This document shows positions 47,984-57,552 of a DNA stretch of 64,000 nucleotides, one piece after another. The number at the start of each line of letters is the position of its first letter. Within the stretch, counting starts at the first letter, position 1. Below the pieces are notes generated by a model that saw only the letters and a program-made list of their open reading frames with translations, was not told the origin of the DNA and did no database searches. The position numbers and the translations under genes were made by a program. This DNA is from Bacillota bacterium. GTDB lineage: Bacteria; Bacillota; DTU025. The DNA is taken from contig JBMNJT010000002.1 of assembly GCA_050951805.1 (NCBI GenBank), positions 1,184,001-1,248,000 of the forward strand, in the 5' to 3' direction.

Positions 47984-50140
47984 TCAACTGGAGTAGAAAA
48001 CTCTCTTCACGCGGATGCCTATCCGGCTGAGCAACTCATTGGTTATCGTTCCGGCATCGGCAGCTGCTTGTTCTGCCGTGATCTCCGCAGAACCGTCTCT
48101 GCCGATCAATGTGGCGACATCGCCGCGCTTCACGTCCGGGATCCCGGTGACGTCGACCATCAGCTGATCCATGCATATTCGGCCTATAATGGGTGCACGG
48201 CATCCATGGATCAATACTGAGCCTCTGCCGCCCGAGAGATTGCGTGGAATCCCGTCCCCGTACCCGATTGGGAGGATGGCGACACAAGTATCACGCTCGG
48301 CAATGAAGTGGCGACCATAGCCGACGCTTTCCCCGGCTGTAACGGTTCTAACAAGCGAAACCCGTGCCTTCAACGACAGGACATTTTTTATGTCCAGGTG
48401 GAGCCTGGTCTGATCATGGGGCGAGCTCAGTGTGCCGTACAATGCAATCCCGACTCTTGCATAATCGCATTTAAGCATTGGATAGTTAAGGAGGCCATAA
48501 CTGCTTTGAACGTGTATCTTGGGAAGGGTGACGTTTTGCTCCCGGAGCGTCTCCAGGAGATGGTAAAACCTATCTATCTGCATTTCTGTAAATTGAGCGT
48601 CTTCCGGTTCCATGCTATCTGAGACGGAAAGGTGAGTGTAGATTCCGTCAATACAAAGATTCTTGAGGCCGAAGATGCTGGCAATCTCCGATACATGATC
48701 CCAGGGCTCTCCCATACGGTGCATGCCGGTGTCCACTTTGATGTGGACGTGTATTGGTTTCCCGCAAGCATTGAGGCGCACAGCGTGTTCTCGATCGACG
48801 ACTGTCTGCGACAAACGGTAGCGGGCGAGCTCGCCAGCTCTTTCGGGCACAGTGTAGCCGAGTATCAGGATTGTTCCTCTGATTCCATGTTTTCGCAGGC
48901 GAATTCCTTCATCGATAGCGGCAACCGCGAAGGCATCGATTCCTATCTGATTCAGATGTTTTGCAACTTCCACATCGCCATGCCCGTATGCATTGCCTTT
49001 GACGGCAGCCATTAGTTTACATCCATCCGGCATAGCTTTGCGCAGGACTTGGACGTTGTGGCTCAGGCAGGTTAGGTCGATCTCAGCCCACGCCCTGTCC
49101 ATAGTGGCGTGTTCAGGAGCGAGCTCTCTGTTTTGAAAGACTCGCAGCAACAACAGGATCGCTTCTGCGGCAGCAAGGGAAGATACTGCTACGGCAAGAA
49201 AATGGATGACGCTGTTAGCTATCAGCCATCGTTTGAGGCCCGCGGCTTTGGCAAGCCATCGAACGAGTATGATCATCATGGGATGGACTAAATAGATGAG
49301 CGTAGAGATGTCCCGCAGCTCTTTGCGCGTTTTGCCATTGATGTGTAGCAGGCTCTGAAAAAGGAGAGCCGCGCAGGGCAGGAGCGTAAGGTACATGCTA
49401 TCGTGCCTTGGGATCCCGCAGGTGTGAAGGAGAAGCGCTTCTGCCAGCATAAGAAGAAACGCAACTGCCAGCCCCGTAAAGCACGCCTTTGGCTGCAGGC
49501 GCCTCGCTGGCGGGGCCATCATGGCGCCAAGCAATAGAAAGACCGGAGCGAAGAAAAGTCCGTTCCGCGTGTAGTCCGAAACTGTGAAGACTGATGCATA
49601 GAACGATTGCAGGAATGGCACTCTTTCTGCAATTCCGTAGTAGCTGTCGCCGAACAGGCCGACCAGGTAGAGGATGAAGGCTATGCCAAAGGCGTGGCCA
49701 GGGCCGAGCCTTTTCAGCAACAGCCAGGCAATGGTCGCGCCGATCATCGCTGCCGGCAGATACCATAAGTGATAAAACGTGCCGTCAAACACAATGTCCT
49801 TCAGCAGTTCTTTGGCCAGATGTTCAGTTCTGAAGGTTCCCGCATAGATGTTGACAGGGAGATACAGCAAAGTTGAAATGGCGTACAACGCGGCCGTTTT
49901 CCTCAGAAAGCGAAACAGCCTTGCGCGGTCCGCTTCGCTGTCTGTCGCCTTTCCACGAAACAGGAAAAATCCTGAGGTCATGAAGAAGAACGGCACTGCT
50001 ACACGGGCAATTATCCTTGTCAGGATGAAATCAGCGGTCCCGTTCACTGACGACAGGGGGGAAGTGTGGTTAGCCACTACGAGAAATGCAGCGATTATTC
50101 TGAAGTAATCAATACCGGGGAACTCTTCCTGCAGATTCAT
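47984..50140 (-). CDS. vanT: Membrane-bound serine racemase VanT (vanG type)
   Basis: N-terminal acyltransferase-like TM domain (GIDYFRIIAAFLVVANHTSP) fused to a racemase domain (RAWAEI, AAVKGNAYGHG, KVDTGMHRMG, GRICMDQ). Confidence 0.93.
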   Translation of the reverse strand: MNLQEEFPGIDYFRIIAAFLVVANHTSPLSSVNGTADFILTRIIARVAVPFFFMTSGFFLFRGKATDSEADRARLFRFLRKTAALYAISTLLYLPVNIYAGTFRTEHLAKELLKDIVFDGTFYHLWYLPAAMIGATIAWLLLKRLGPGHAFGIAFILYLVGLFGDSYYGIAERVPFLQSFYASVFTVSDYTRNGLFFAPVFLLLGAMMAPPARRLQPKACFTGLAVAFLLMLAEALLLHTCGIPRHDSMYLTLLPCAALLFQSLLHINGKTRKELRDISTLIYLVHPMMIILVRWLAKAAGLKRWLIANSVIHFLAVAVSSLAAAEAILLLLRVFQNRELAPEHATMDRAWAEIDLTCLSHNVQVLRKAMPDGCKLMAAVKGNAYGHGDVEVAKHLNQIGIDAFAVAAIDEGIRLRKHGIRGTILILGYTVPERAGELARYRLSQTVVDREHAVRLNACGKPIHVHIKVDTGMHRMGEPWDHVSEIASIFGLKNLCIDGIYTHLSVSDSMEPEDAQFTEMQIDRFYHLLETLREQNVTLPKIHVQSSYGLLNYPMLKCDYARVGIALYGTLSSPHDQTRLHLDIKNVLSLKARVSLVRTVTAGESVGYGRHFIAERDTCVAILPIGYGDGIPRNLSGGRGSVLIHGCRAPIIGRICMDQLMVDVTGIPDVKRGDVATLIGRDGSAEITAEQAAADAGTITNELLSRIGIRVKRVFYSS

Positions 50141-50901
50141 CCCAAATGCCTCCATAATGTCACCACAAAGCCATCATCGTTGTTCCCGGATACCTGAAAA
50201 GGGATTCTGTCCGGCAGTTCGATTTCAACCTCCTGACCTGGTTCGACGGGGACATGAAAAATCTCGAAGTCGTAGTTGTCGTGCTTGATCCGAAGATGTG
50301 CTCCGTCGAAGGGAAAGTGCTTGAGGCAGTCAGTATACTCCTCCAGCGTAAACTCATTTCCCCTGATCAGTTGGGAATGGGGATAGCCAACGTAGCGAAA
50401 ATGCCAGGGCTCGTGTGCAATTTGGGTGATGGATTCCCGTCCAGCCGGGTAGCGCTGGATGAATCCATACTGTACTGACAGCTTCCGGAACTCTTGACAG
50501 ATTCCGGTGTAAGGGAAGTATGGCCGGATGAAATCGATGTCCGGCCTGTTTTCTCCCAAATCGATTGCTAGTCCGGTCTGGTGCTCGCTGCATCCCACAG
50601 TTGCGACGTATTTCTTCGTAAACTCCTTCCCGTTTTCGCGCATGGAATCGGCGTATATAGCCTGCTGTTCCTGCATCGTGCGATAACCGCTGACTGGTAC
50701 GATTTGATCCTCGCATTGCAAGAGAGCAGCCACTTCTGCCAGCATCCTTGCTGTTTGCCTTTCTAGAACGATCTCGGGAAAGGCAGGGCGAATAGGCACA
50801 AGCACTTCATCGGCTGGTGTCGTCGCAAGTGGATGAGAGGGATTGACGAGGATGAGGTTGCCCTTGCCAATGTCCTCTGCATAGAGTTTCAGCGTTCTCA
50901 T
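50137..50901 (-). CDS. vanXY: D,D-dipeptidase/D,D-carboxypeptidase VanXY (M15B)
   Basis: LILVN, VSGYR, SEHQTGLAID, EPWHFRYVG. Confidence 0.9.
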   Translation of the reverse strand: MRTLKLYAEDIGKGNLILVNPSHPLATTPADEVLVPIRPAFPEIVLERQTARMLAEVAALLQCEDQIVPVSGYRTMQEQQAIYADSMRENGKEFTKKYVATVGCSEHQTGLAIDLGENRPDIDFIRPYFPYTGICQEFRKLSVQYGFIQRYPAGRESITQIAHEPWHFRYVGYPHSQLIRGNEFTLEEYTDCLKHFPFDGAHLRIKHDNYDFEIFHVPVEPGQEVEIELPDRIPFQVSGNNDDGFVVTLWRHLG

Positions 50902-51953
50902 CGGTCGATCGCCAGCCTTATAAGCGTGTCTACAATCTGCTCAAAGCTCATTCCAATCCCCTTTAGCATGTTGGGATACCGGCTATGGGTGGTGAAACCG
51001 GGTATGGTGTTGACTTCATTGAAGACGATATCTTCTTCAGGAGTGAGGAACATGTCAACTCGCGCGTACCCCGAACACTCCAGAGCCCTGTAGATGACGA
51101 TAGCTGTTTGCTTGATGCGTGCAGCAGTCTCCACATCGATCCGCGCAGGCATATGGATCTTCGAAGTTTTCAACGTATATTTCTCGGTGTAATCGAAGAA
51201 GCCGTTGCAGAGCTCGATCTCGTCCACCTCTCCAATGGTGAGTACGTCATTGCCGAGGACAGCACAGCCGACCTCGAATCCATCAATTGATTCCTCTATT
51301 ACTACTTTTCTATCGTGTTCGAAGGCAGCACTGACTGCACAGGCAAGCCCGCTTTCCTGGGAAACCTTAGTAATGCCGAAGGAGGAGCCGGCATTTGCCG
51401 GTTTCACAAAGAGTGGGTATTTCAGGTGCGCAATCCGCTTAAGCAGCTCCGCTTCGGAGACGTAAGAGTGCAGCACAATCGATGGAGGTGTTTTTACTCC
51501 AGCCAGGCTGACTATTCTGTGAGCTATGTCCTTGTCCATGCACATGGCTGAGCTCAATACGCCACATCCAACACAGGGGATGCCCGCCATTTCCAGTAGG
51601 CCTTGAACTGTTCCGTCCTCGCCGTTCTTCCCATGTAGAACCGGAAAGGCAACGTCGATTCGGGTCGTGGTTACCTTGTTGCCGTGAAATTCAAGTATCC
51701 CATGGGTATTTCGATCGGGAGAAATGATGGCCGGAACGGAGACGCTGTGATCCATCCACGTATTGTCCTTGATCTGCTCCACAGGACCGGTGAATCTCAT
51801 CCAAGCTCCCTGGCGGGTAATCCCGAGCAGTATCAAGTCGTATTCTTCAGGGTTGAGGTTGGTGATTACCGAATAGGCCGACTGCAGCGATATTTCATAC
51901 TCCGTGGAAGATCCGCCGAATATCACGGCTACTCTTGTTCGTTTCATGTTCAT
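50898..51953 (-). CDS. vanG: D-alanine--D-serine ligase, VanG type
   Basis: FGGSSTEYEISLQSA, LHGKNGEDG, GSSFG, FFDYTEKY (EKY signature of D-Ala-D-Ser ligases), NTIPGFTTHSRYP. Confidence 0.92.
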   Translation of the reverse strand: MNMKRTRVAVIFGGSSTEYEISLQSAYSVITNLNPEEYDLILLGITRQGAWMRFTGPVEQIKDNTWMDHSVSVPAIISPDRNTHGILEFHGNKVTTTRIDVAFPVLHGKNGEDGTVQGLLEMAGIPCVGCGVLSSAMCMDKDIAHRIVSLAGVKTPPSIVLHSYVSEAELLKRIAHLKYPLFVKPANAGSSFGITKVSQESGLACAVSAAFEHDRKVVIEESIDGFEVGCAVLGNDVLTIGEVDEIELCNGFFDYTEKYTLKTSKIHMPARIDVETAARIKQTAIVIYRALECSGYARVDMFLTPEEDIVFNEVNTIPGFTTHSRYPNMLKGIGMSFEQIVDTLIRLAIDR

Positions 51954-52147
51954 GACTCCTTGTCTCTACGGTCTTGGCGTTTACGTGGTGTTCTGCGGGT
52001 TGACAGCGGCGGGGGATGAAGGCCTCCGCAAGCTGTTTCCTTCTCAAACACGCAACGTAATCTATGAAGTAGAAACGCCTGCGTGATTCGTTAATCTAAC
52101 CTTATCCGAATCAGGCAGGCTAAAAAGTAGGCTCTGCTTGTAGAAAT

Positions 52148-52162
52148 CTTAAGAAATACTTA
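52148..52162 (-). promoter_or_regulatory. Putative VanR (OmpR-type) binding direct repeat upstream of vanG
   Basis: Minus strand reads cgTAAGtatttctTAAGattt, i.e. TAAG repeated with an 11-bp period, about 200 bp upstream of vanG. Confidence 0.4.
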
Positions 52163-52449
52163 CGGACGACTCATTGTTCTGTTAATCTCGGCGGCCGGTG
52201 CATTTGATTGTGCTCAAGGTGGTTTCACCCGATTGGCGAATTGTTATGGGATAAAAGTGTGTGGGGGAAGCCAACACAAGACAGGAAAGCAACATGGGAG
52301 GAGAGATATGAGGAACGAGATGGGTGAGCCGATAGCCAATCACGGGTATGGCTCCGCATGTCTCGCGCAATTCGGATGACATGGCGAATTGCGGCGACGT
52401 GATTCGCGTCGCGAGTGCATGGTGCAGAGCGGGGGCAATTGCATCATGA

Positions 52450-53604
52450 TTATCCAACTGTTCCATCTTGATTCGGGAGCGTAACGGTGAAAACCGTTCG
52501 TTCCTCGTTGCTTGTGGCTGTGATGTTGCCTCCATGTGCAGTAACGATCTTCTTGGCGATGGCAAGGCCCAATCCTGCACCGCCAGAATTCGTAGAACGA
52601 GAGGCATCAAGCCGGAAGAACTGGTCGAAGATCGTCTCTAGCTTGGCGGATGGAATGGGATCGCCTTGATTGGCAAAGACGATGATTACGCTTTGATCTT
52701 CCTGGCGCGCGGAGATGCGGATGATGCTGCCTCGATAGCTGTAGGCGGCGGCGTTCTTGAGGATGTTGTTGAAAACGCGGGCCAACTTGTCTGCATCTCC
52801 CCACAATGTGAGGCCATCAGGTGCATCAACGACCGCTTTCTTGCCCTCGGGCTCCAGCATGGGATAGAATTCATCCGCTACTTGGTTCAACATGAAGGAG
52901 AGGTTTATCTTGCCCTTGTTCAGTACGATGGATTGCAGGTTGAACCTAGTGATCTCGAAGAACTCATCGATCAGCTGCTCCAGCCGGTAGGCCTTTTCCA
53001 AGGTGATGCCCACGTATTTGGCTCTTTGCTCCGGCGGCATGTCGGGGGCTTCATCCAGAAGGCTCAGGTAGCCAATGACGGAGGTGAGAGGCGTTTTGAT
53101 ATCGTGTGCCAGATAGACCACGAGGTCATTCTTGCGTTGCTCCGCTTCCTGCGCATCCCATTTTTGTCTTTCCAGCGTTCCTTTTATCTTGTTCAGCTTT
53201 GTTTCCATGTGTGCTAGTTCAGGTGATAGGATTATGTCGCTGCCGGGTTTGTCAACAAGCTGATCGATCCCGGCACTGATCTCGTCGAAGTATTTGGCAA
53301 ACCATGACAGCGAGAACCTGAGGAAAATCAGTATGAAAACGATGATAGCGATGAACACGTATAGAAGGGCATTGTCGCTGAATACTTCTTGCCAAATGCG
53401 ACCAGCTTCATCGTTGGACAGGTGAAATGCTTTTTCTAGGAAGTTCACAACGTTGGGCCGGAAACGCCACATGGTTAGTAGGCACAGAAAAAACACTACT
53501 GCAACTGCGGAGAGAACAATCAGAAGCATCCTGCGAAAGACTTTCTTCTTTAGTCTTGAGTAGTCGCCTTTGTCCCTTTTCCTATTTCTCAATCTTGTAG
53601 CCAA
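52450..53604 (-). CDS. vanS: Sensor histidine kinase VanS
   Basis: Two TM helices; YLAHDIKTPLTS, DEFFEITR, NNILKNA, GGAGLGLAI. Confidence 0.92.
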   Translation of the reverse strand: MATRLRNRKRDKGDYSRLKKKVFRRMLLIVLSAVAVVFFLCLLTMWRFRPNVVNFLEKAFHLSNDEAGRIWQEVFSDNALLYVFIAIIVFILIFLRFSLSWFAKYFDEISAGIDQLVDKPGSDIILSPELAHMETKLNKIKGTLERQKWDAQEAEQRKNDLVVYLAHDIKTPLTSVIGYLSLLDEAPDMPPEQRAKYVGITLEKAYRLEQLIDEFFEITRFNLQSIVLNKGKINLSFMLNQVADEFYPMLEPEGKKAVVDAPDGLTLWGDADKLARVFNNILKNAAAYSYRGSIIRISARQEDQSVIIVFANQGDPIPSAKLETIFDQFFRLDASRSTNSGGAGLGLAIAKKIVTAHGGNITATSNEERTVFTVTLPNQDGTVG

Positions 53605-54277
53605 CTCCCCATACCGTCTTTATGTATTTGGGATTTTCCGCAGAATCGTTCATCTTCTCCCTCAGATGGCGGATGTGCACCATGACCGTGTTGTTACTAG
53701 TAAAATACTTCTCACCCCATACCTCGCGGAACAACTCTTCGGAACTGACCACGCGGCCCCGATTGGATGCCAACATCCACAGGATGTCAAATTCTGTCGG
53801 GGTTAGGGATAACGGCCTCTCGTTGAGCGTGCATTCATGGGCATCCTTGTCAATGACCAAGCCTGCAGACGCGATCACATTCTCCTCATCAGCTGGTTCA
53901 GAGGGATTGTACCTTGTGTACCTGCGAAGCTGCGCCTTAACTCGGGCCACCATCTCGAGCGGTCGGAATGGTTTTGTAATATAATCGTCTGCGCCCAGTG
54001 TGAGGCCTGTGATCTTGTCGATCTCCTCATCCTTCGCCGTGAGCATGATGATAGGGAAGTTGTGTTTCTCCCGGATCTTTTGGCAGATCTCAAACCCGGT
54101 CATGTCGGGGAGCATCACGTCCAGGATTGCCAGATCCAGTGGTTCACTTTCTACAAGGGCTAAGGCATCCTGCCCGTTATGGGACTTGAAAACAATGTAG
54201 TTCTCGTTTCTTAAGTACAGTTCAATCAAGTCTGCGATGGCTTTCTCATCATCAACAACTAGTATACGGTCATTCAT
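53582..54277 (-). CDS. vanR: Response regulator VanR (OmpR family)
   Basis: ILVVDDE, LDVMLPD, GADDYITKPF, NTVMVHIRHLREK, KTVWGVGY. Confidence 0.93.
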   Translation of the reverse strand: MNDRILVVDDEKAIADLIELYLRNENYIVFKSHNGQDALALVESEPLDLAILDVMLPDMTGFEICQKIREKHNFPIIMLTAKDEEIDKITGLTLGADDYITKPFRPLEMVARVKAQLRRYTRYNPSEPADEENVIASAGLVIDKDAHECTLNERPLSLTPTEFDILWMLASNRGRVVSSEELFREVWGEKYFTSNNTVMVHIRHLREKMNDSAENPKYIKTVWGVGYKIEK

Positions 54278-54670
54278 CAAACATCACGCTACGGAGATTC
54301 CCCTTCAGGTGTGGGGAGGAAGTAGCGTTCCCCCTCCTTTCGCACAGCACTGTGCTTGCAGCTTCCTTTGAACATATCTGGACGCTTTGTTGGCTACTCC
54401 TTGTGCACTTGCCTGATTCGGTTCTTAGCTTGTTTCGAGAGATCCCAAGTGCCCGGCTCTACCGTTGAGTTGCCACTTGCATCTGTACGATGGAATTTCC
54501 CAAGCCTTGCACATGTGTTTGCCTGCTCGGTGATGTACCCATGAGTTACGCCAACATTCGGGTGTGCTTTTCGTGACCGAAATCCCAACGCATTATCCCC
54601 AAGAACACCGCAACGGAAAGGTCAGCGGGGGCTCTTGCAAGCCCCTACCTTTAGGCTTGGAGTGGTTGAT
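54278..54670 (-). mobile_element. Miniature degraded IscB/omega-RNA (IS200/IS605 superfamily) relic, copy 2
   Basis: Minus-strand 5' end ATCAACCACTCCAAGCCTAAAGGTAGGGGCTTGCAAGAGCCCCCGCTGACC resembles the omega-RNA 5' stem; IscB-like peptides AVFLGIMRW (54611-54585) and HPNVGVTHGYITE...LGKFHRTDA...SGN...RQVHK; 3' end shared with copy 1. Confidence 0.8.
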
Positions 54671-55244
54671 CGTCCTCAATTCATTATACCTTTCCTGACG
54701 GGCCTGTGCCCTACGACATCATCTACATCCTGGATCCGAGATGAGATGCTCGATCCGTGGATAATCCGTGTGACGGCTGCGGATTGTGGGTCGCAGGACA
54801 GACTGACAATGGCGAAGCTGTCTCTAGTGCCATGAATTAACCTGATGATTCGAAGAAGGGCTGTTGCCTTACCGAAGCGAAGACAGATGGAGGCTCTGAA
54901 GGAGATTGTATTTTGAGGAGTGGGAGAGGGCTGAGTCAACCGGCGCAAGCTTGTCAGTGATCAACAGAGCTTCTGGGGAAATCGAGACGGACTGGTACAG
55001 CCGCCTCACAGGAGTGGAGTTGGAGCAGGCAAGATAAGAATGGGGGAGGGGCACGTAGTATTCGCAAAGAAGAGGGCCTTATGGCATTAGTTGTCATGGC
55101 TAGAGCAAGTTCATGTCCAATGTGTTAGTGCCTACAGCTTCTTTCTTTGAATCGCAGAGCCCTTGCTTTGGGAAACCTAGCTGCTATCCCACAGCAATGG
55201 CGAGGAAGCTTGGTTTGACTGTAGCTATCCGCATTCATGAGCAC

Positions 55245-55273
55245 TTGCAAGCATTTGGAAATGTCAATATCTT
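55245..55273 (+). promoter_or_regulatory. sigmaA-type promoter of the MerR gene
   Basis: TTGCAA, 17-bp spacer, TATCTT. Confidence 0.5.
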
Positions 55274-55292
55274 AAGTGGTGAGGTGAAAAAC

Positions 55293-56135
55293 GTGGATCT
55301 CCTGCCGATTGGCAAGATGGCAGCTTTGAATCACACTTCAGTTCAGACTTTGAGGTATTATGACAAGATCGATTTGCTGAAACCGTTATATGTTAATCAG
55401 GATACAAACTACAGATACTACGATATCAAGCAGAGCGCCATACTAGATATGATTGGGTATATGAAGTCTTTGGGAATGTCCTTGGAGCAGATAAAGGAGC
55501 AATTTGATAAGGAAGATATTGAGGCGATCAAGGATATTCTCGAGCGGCAGAGCAAGAACATCGATGAGGAGATCAGGAAGCTGCATCATATGAAAAAAGG
55601 CGTAGAGGCTTGCATACGGAATTACGATAGGTATTTGCAGATGCCCCAGGAGGGCGAGATAACCTTCGAGTTCATACCGGATAGAAAAATCTTCTGCTAC
55701 GACGGGAAAGTAAATATCTACGACCACGGGCTCGACAATTACGAATACATCCTGAGAGAGCTAAAGAAACAGGTAATCATCGAAGATCTGCCCATGGTTT
55801 ACTTTTGCAACGTAGGATCTATATTGCGAAAAGAGATGATTGATGCAGGCAGATTCGTCTCTTCAGAGATATTCGTGTTTGTCGACAACGACTTTGAGGA
55901 GCAAGAGGGCATAGAGATAATACCTGCAGGAGATTACGTGTGCATACATTTTCACAGCTTTTGGAACGAAAAGGCGAACGCCCGAAAGCTGTTTCATTTC
56001 ATACATGAAAACGGATACGAGATAGTGGGAGACTACATATGTGAAGTAGTCGCGGAACTACCGATCTTTGACAATAACGAACGAAATATGTTTGTTAAGC
56101 TGCAAATACCGATACAAGCCCCAAGAGATGGTTGA
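55293..56135 (+). CDS. MerR family transcriptional regulator (BmrR-like, GyrI-type effector domain)
   Basis: IGKMAALNHTSVQTLRYYDKIDLLKP, NYRYY, LGMSLEQIK; IPAGDYVC. Confidence 0.9.
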   Translation: MDLLPIGKMAALNHTSVQTLRYYDKIDLLKPLYVNQDTNYRYYDIKQSAILDMIGYMKSLGMSLEQIKEQFDKEDIEAIKDILERQSKNIDEEIRKLHHMKKGVEACIRNYDRYLQMPQEGEITFEFIPDRKIFCYDGKVNIYDHGLDNYEYILRELKKQVIIEDLPMVYFCNVGSILRKEMIDAGRFVSSEIFVFVDNDFEEQEGIEIIPAGDYVCIHFHSFWNEKANARKLFHFIHENGYEIVGDYICEVVAELPIFDNNERNMFVKLQIPIQAPRDG

Positions 56136-56162
56136 CTCTATTCGTACAATAGAGATTACACT
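56132..56162 (+). promoter_or_regulatory. MerR-type promoter/operator (19-bp spacer with dyad)
   Basis: TTGACT, 19-bp spacer, TACACT, with inverted repeat CTCTATT-cgtac-AATAGAG (56136-56154). Confidence 0.85.
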
Positions 56163-56235
56163 TGAGTCGAAGACCAACAACAGGGAAGGGACAACGCACG
56201 AACGTCCTATCAAAAAGCGCAAGGGGGATGGTGTA

Positions 56236-57264
56236 GTGAGAGAGAAGATTAGAGTCATCCAGTACGGTTGCGGTAAGATGGGCAAGTATTTTCTACGGTA
56301 TCTGTATGAGAAGGGCGCAGAAATAGTTGGCGCAATCGATCTCGACCCTGCACTTGAAGGCAAAGATGTTGGCGAAGTTGCGGGACTCGGGTTCAAGATC
56401 AACGTGCCGATCAGTTCGAATGCTGAGAAGGTTTTCGGTGAATGTGATGCGGATGTGTGCGTAATCGCAACTAGAAGCCTGATGCCTGATGTGTATGATG
56501 CCTTTGCTCTTGCTGCAAAGCACGGGGTTAACGCAATTAGCACCTGCGAAGAGGCCTTCTATCCGTGGAATACTTCACCAGCGTTGACCAATCGTTTGGA
56601 TCGATTGGCTAAGGACAACAACTGCACTCTGGCGGGATCAGGGTATCAGGATGTGTTCTGGGGCAACCTGATCACGACACTGGCAGGCTCTAGCCACAGA
56701 ATTGAAAGAATAGAGGGCGTCTCCAGCTATAACGTGGAAGATTACGGAATCGCCTTGGCGGAAGTCCATGGAGCCGGACTTAGCCTTGAGGAATTCGATA
56801 AGCAGATTGCTCAAAGCGACTCCTTGCCGTCCTTTATGTGGAATGCAAATGAGTGGCTGTGCTCGCAGTTCGGATGGTCCATCAAATCGACTGAGCAGAA
56901 GCTGGTGCCAACAACCCACGACAAGGATATCAAGTCAGAGACGCTAGGCAAGGTAATTCCTGCAGGCCATGCCACAGGCATGTCTGCGATTGTGACTACG
57001 GTAACGAACCAAGGGCCTATCATAATCTCTGAGTGCATCGGGAAAGTCTATGCGGAAGGCGAATTTGATAGGAACGATTGGTCTATCATTGGAGAACCAA
57101 ATACAGTAGTCAAAATCGCCCGTCCGGCCACTGTGGAACTGACATGCGCAACTGTTGTGAACCGTATACCACAGCTATTGCAAGCTCCTCCGGGATACTA
57201 TACGACCGACAAAATGCCGCCGGCACGGTACATAAGTTATCCGTTGCATTTCTACGTTAAGTAG
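56236..57264 (+). CDS. NAD(P)-dependent dehydrogenase, 2,4-diaminopentanoate dehydrogenase/amine dehydrogenase (DapB-like N-terminus) family
   Basis: IRVIQYGCGKMG, GKDVGE, ISTCEEAFYPW, TCATVVNRIP...APPG. Confidence 0.8.
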   Translation: MREKIRVIQYGCGKMGKYFLRYLYEKGAEIVGAIDLDPALEGKDVGEVAGLGFKINVPISSNAEKVFGECDADVCVIATRSLMPDVYDAFALAAKHGVNAISTCEEAFYPWNTSPALTNRLDRLAKDNNCTLAGSGYQDVFWGNLITTLAGSSHRIERIEGVSSYNVEDYGIALAEVHGAGLSLEEFDKQIAQSDSLPSFMWNANEWLCSQFGWSIKSTEQKLVPTTHDKDIKSETLGKVIPAGHATGMSAIVTTVTNQGPIIISECIGKVYAEGEFDRNDWSIIGEPNTVVKIARPATVELTCATVVNRIPQLLQAPPGYYTTDKMPPARYISYPLHFYVK

Positions 57265-57289
57265 TAAAGATCAGGCAAGAAGGGGAAAG

Positions 57290-57328
57290 ATGCCGGTTGG
57301 GGTAGACACTTACCCTAGCCGGCATTTT
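57290..57328 (+). terminator. Intrinsic terminator
   Basis: ATGCCGGTTGGGGTA...TACCCTAGCCGGCATTTT. Confidence 0.7.
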
Positions 57329-57552
57329 CATGATGTGCATAGCACGGACGCCGATCGAATGGAGGTTCTTAGACGCACAGATCTTCATGTGCTAGTGGCT
57401 GGTGACATATGGCCCTTGCTCGTAGACCCGTTGCTTTTTCTGTGAGGAATCTTCATGGCTCAAAAAGAGATTCTCAAATGGCCATTGACAACCTTTGGCA
57501 AGCGCTCTCGGAGTGGATAAGATCAGACCTTACTGAGGAAATCTATGGCGTG

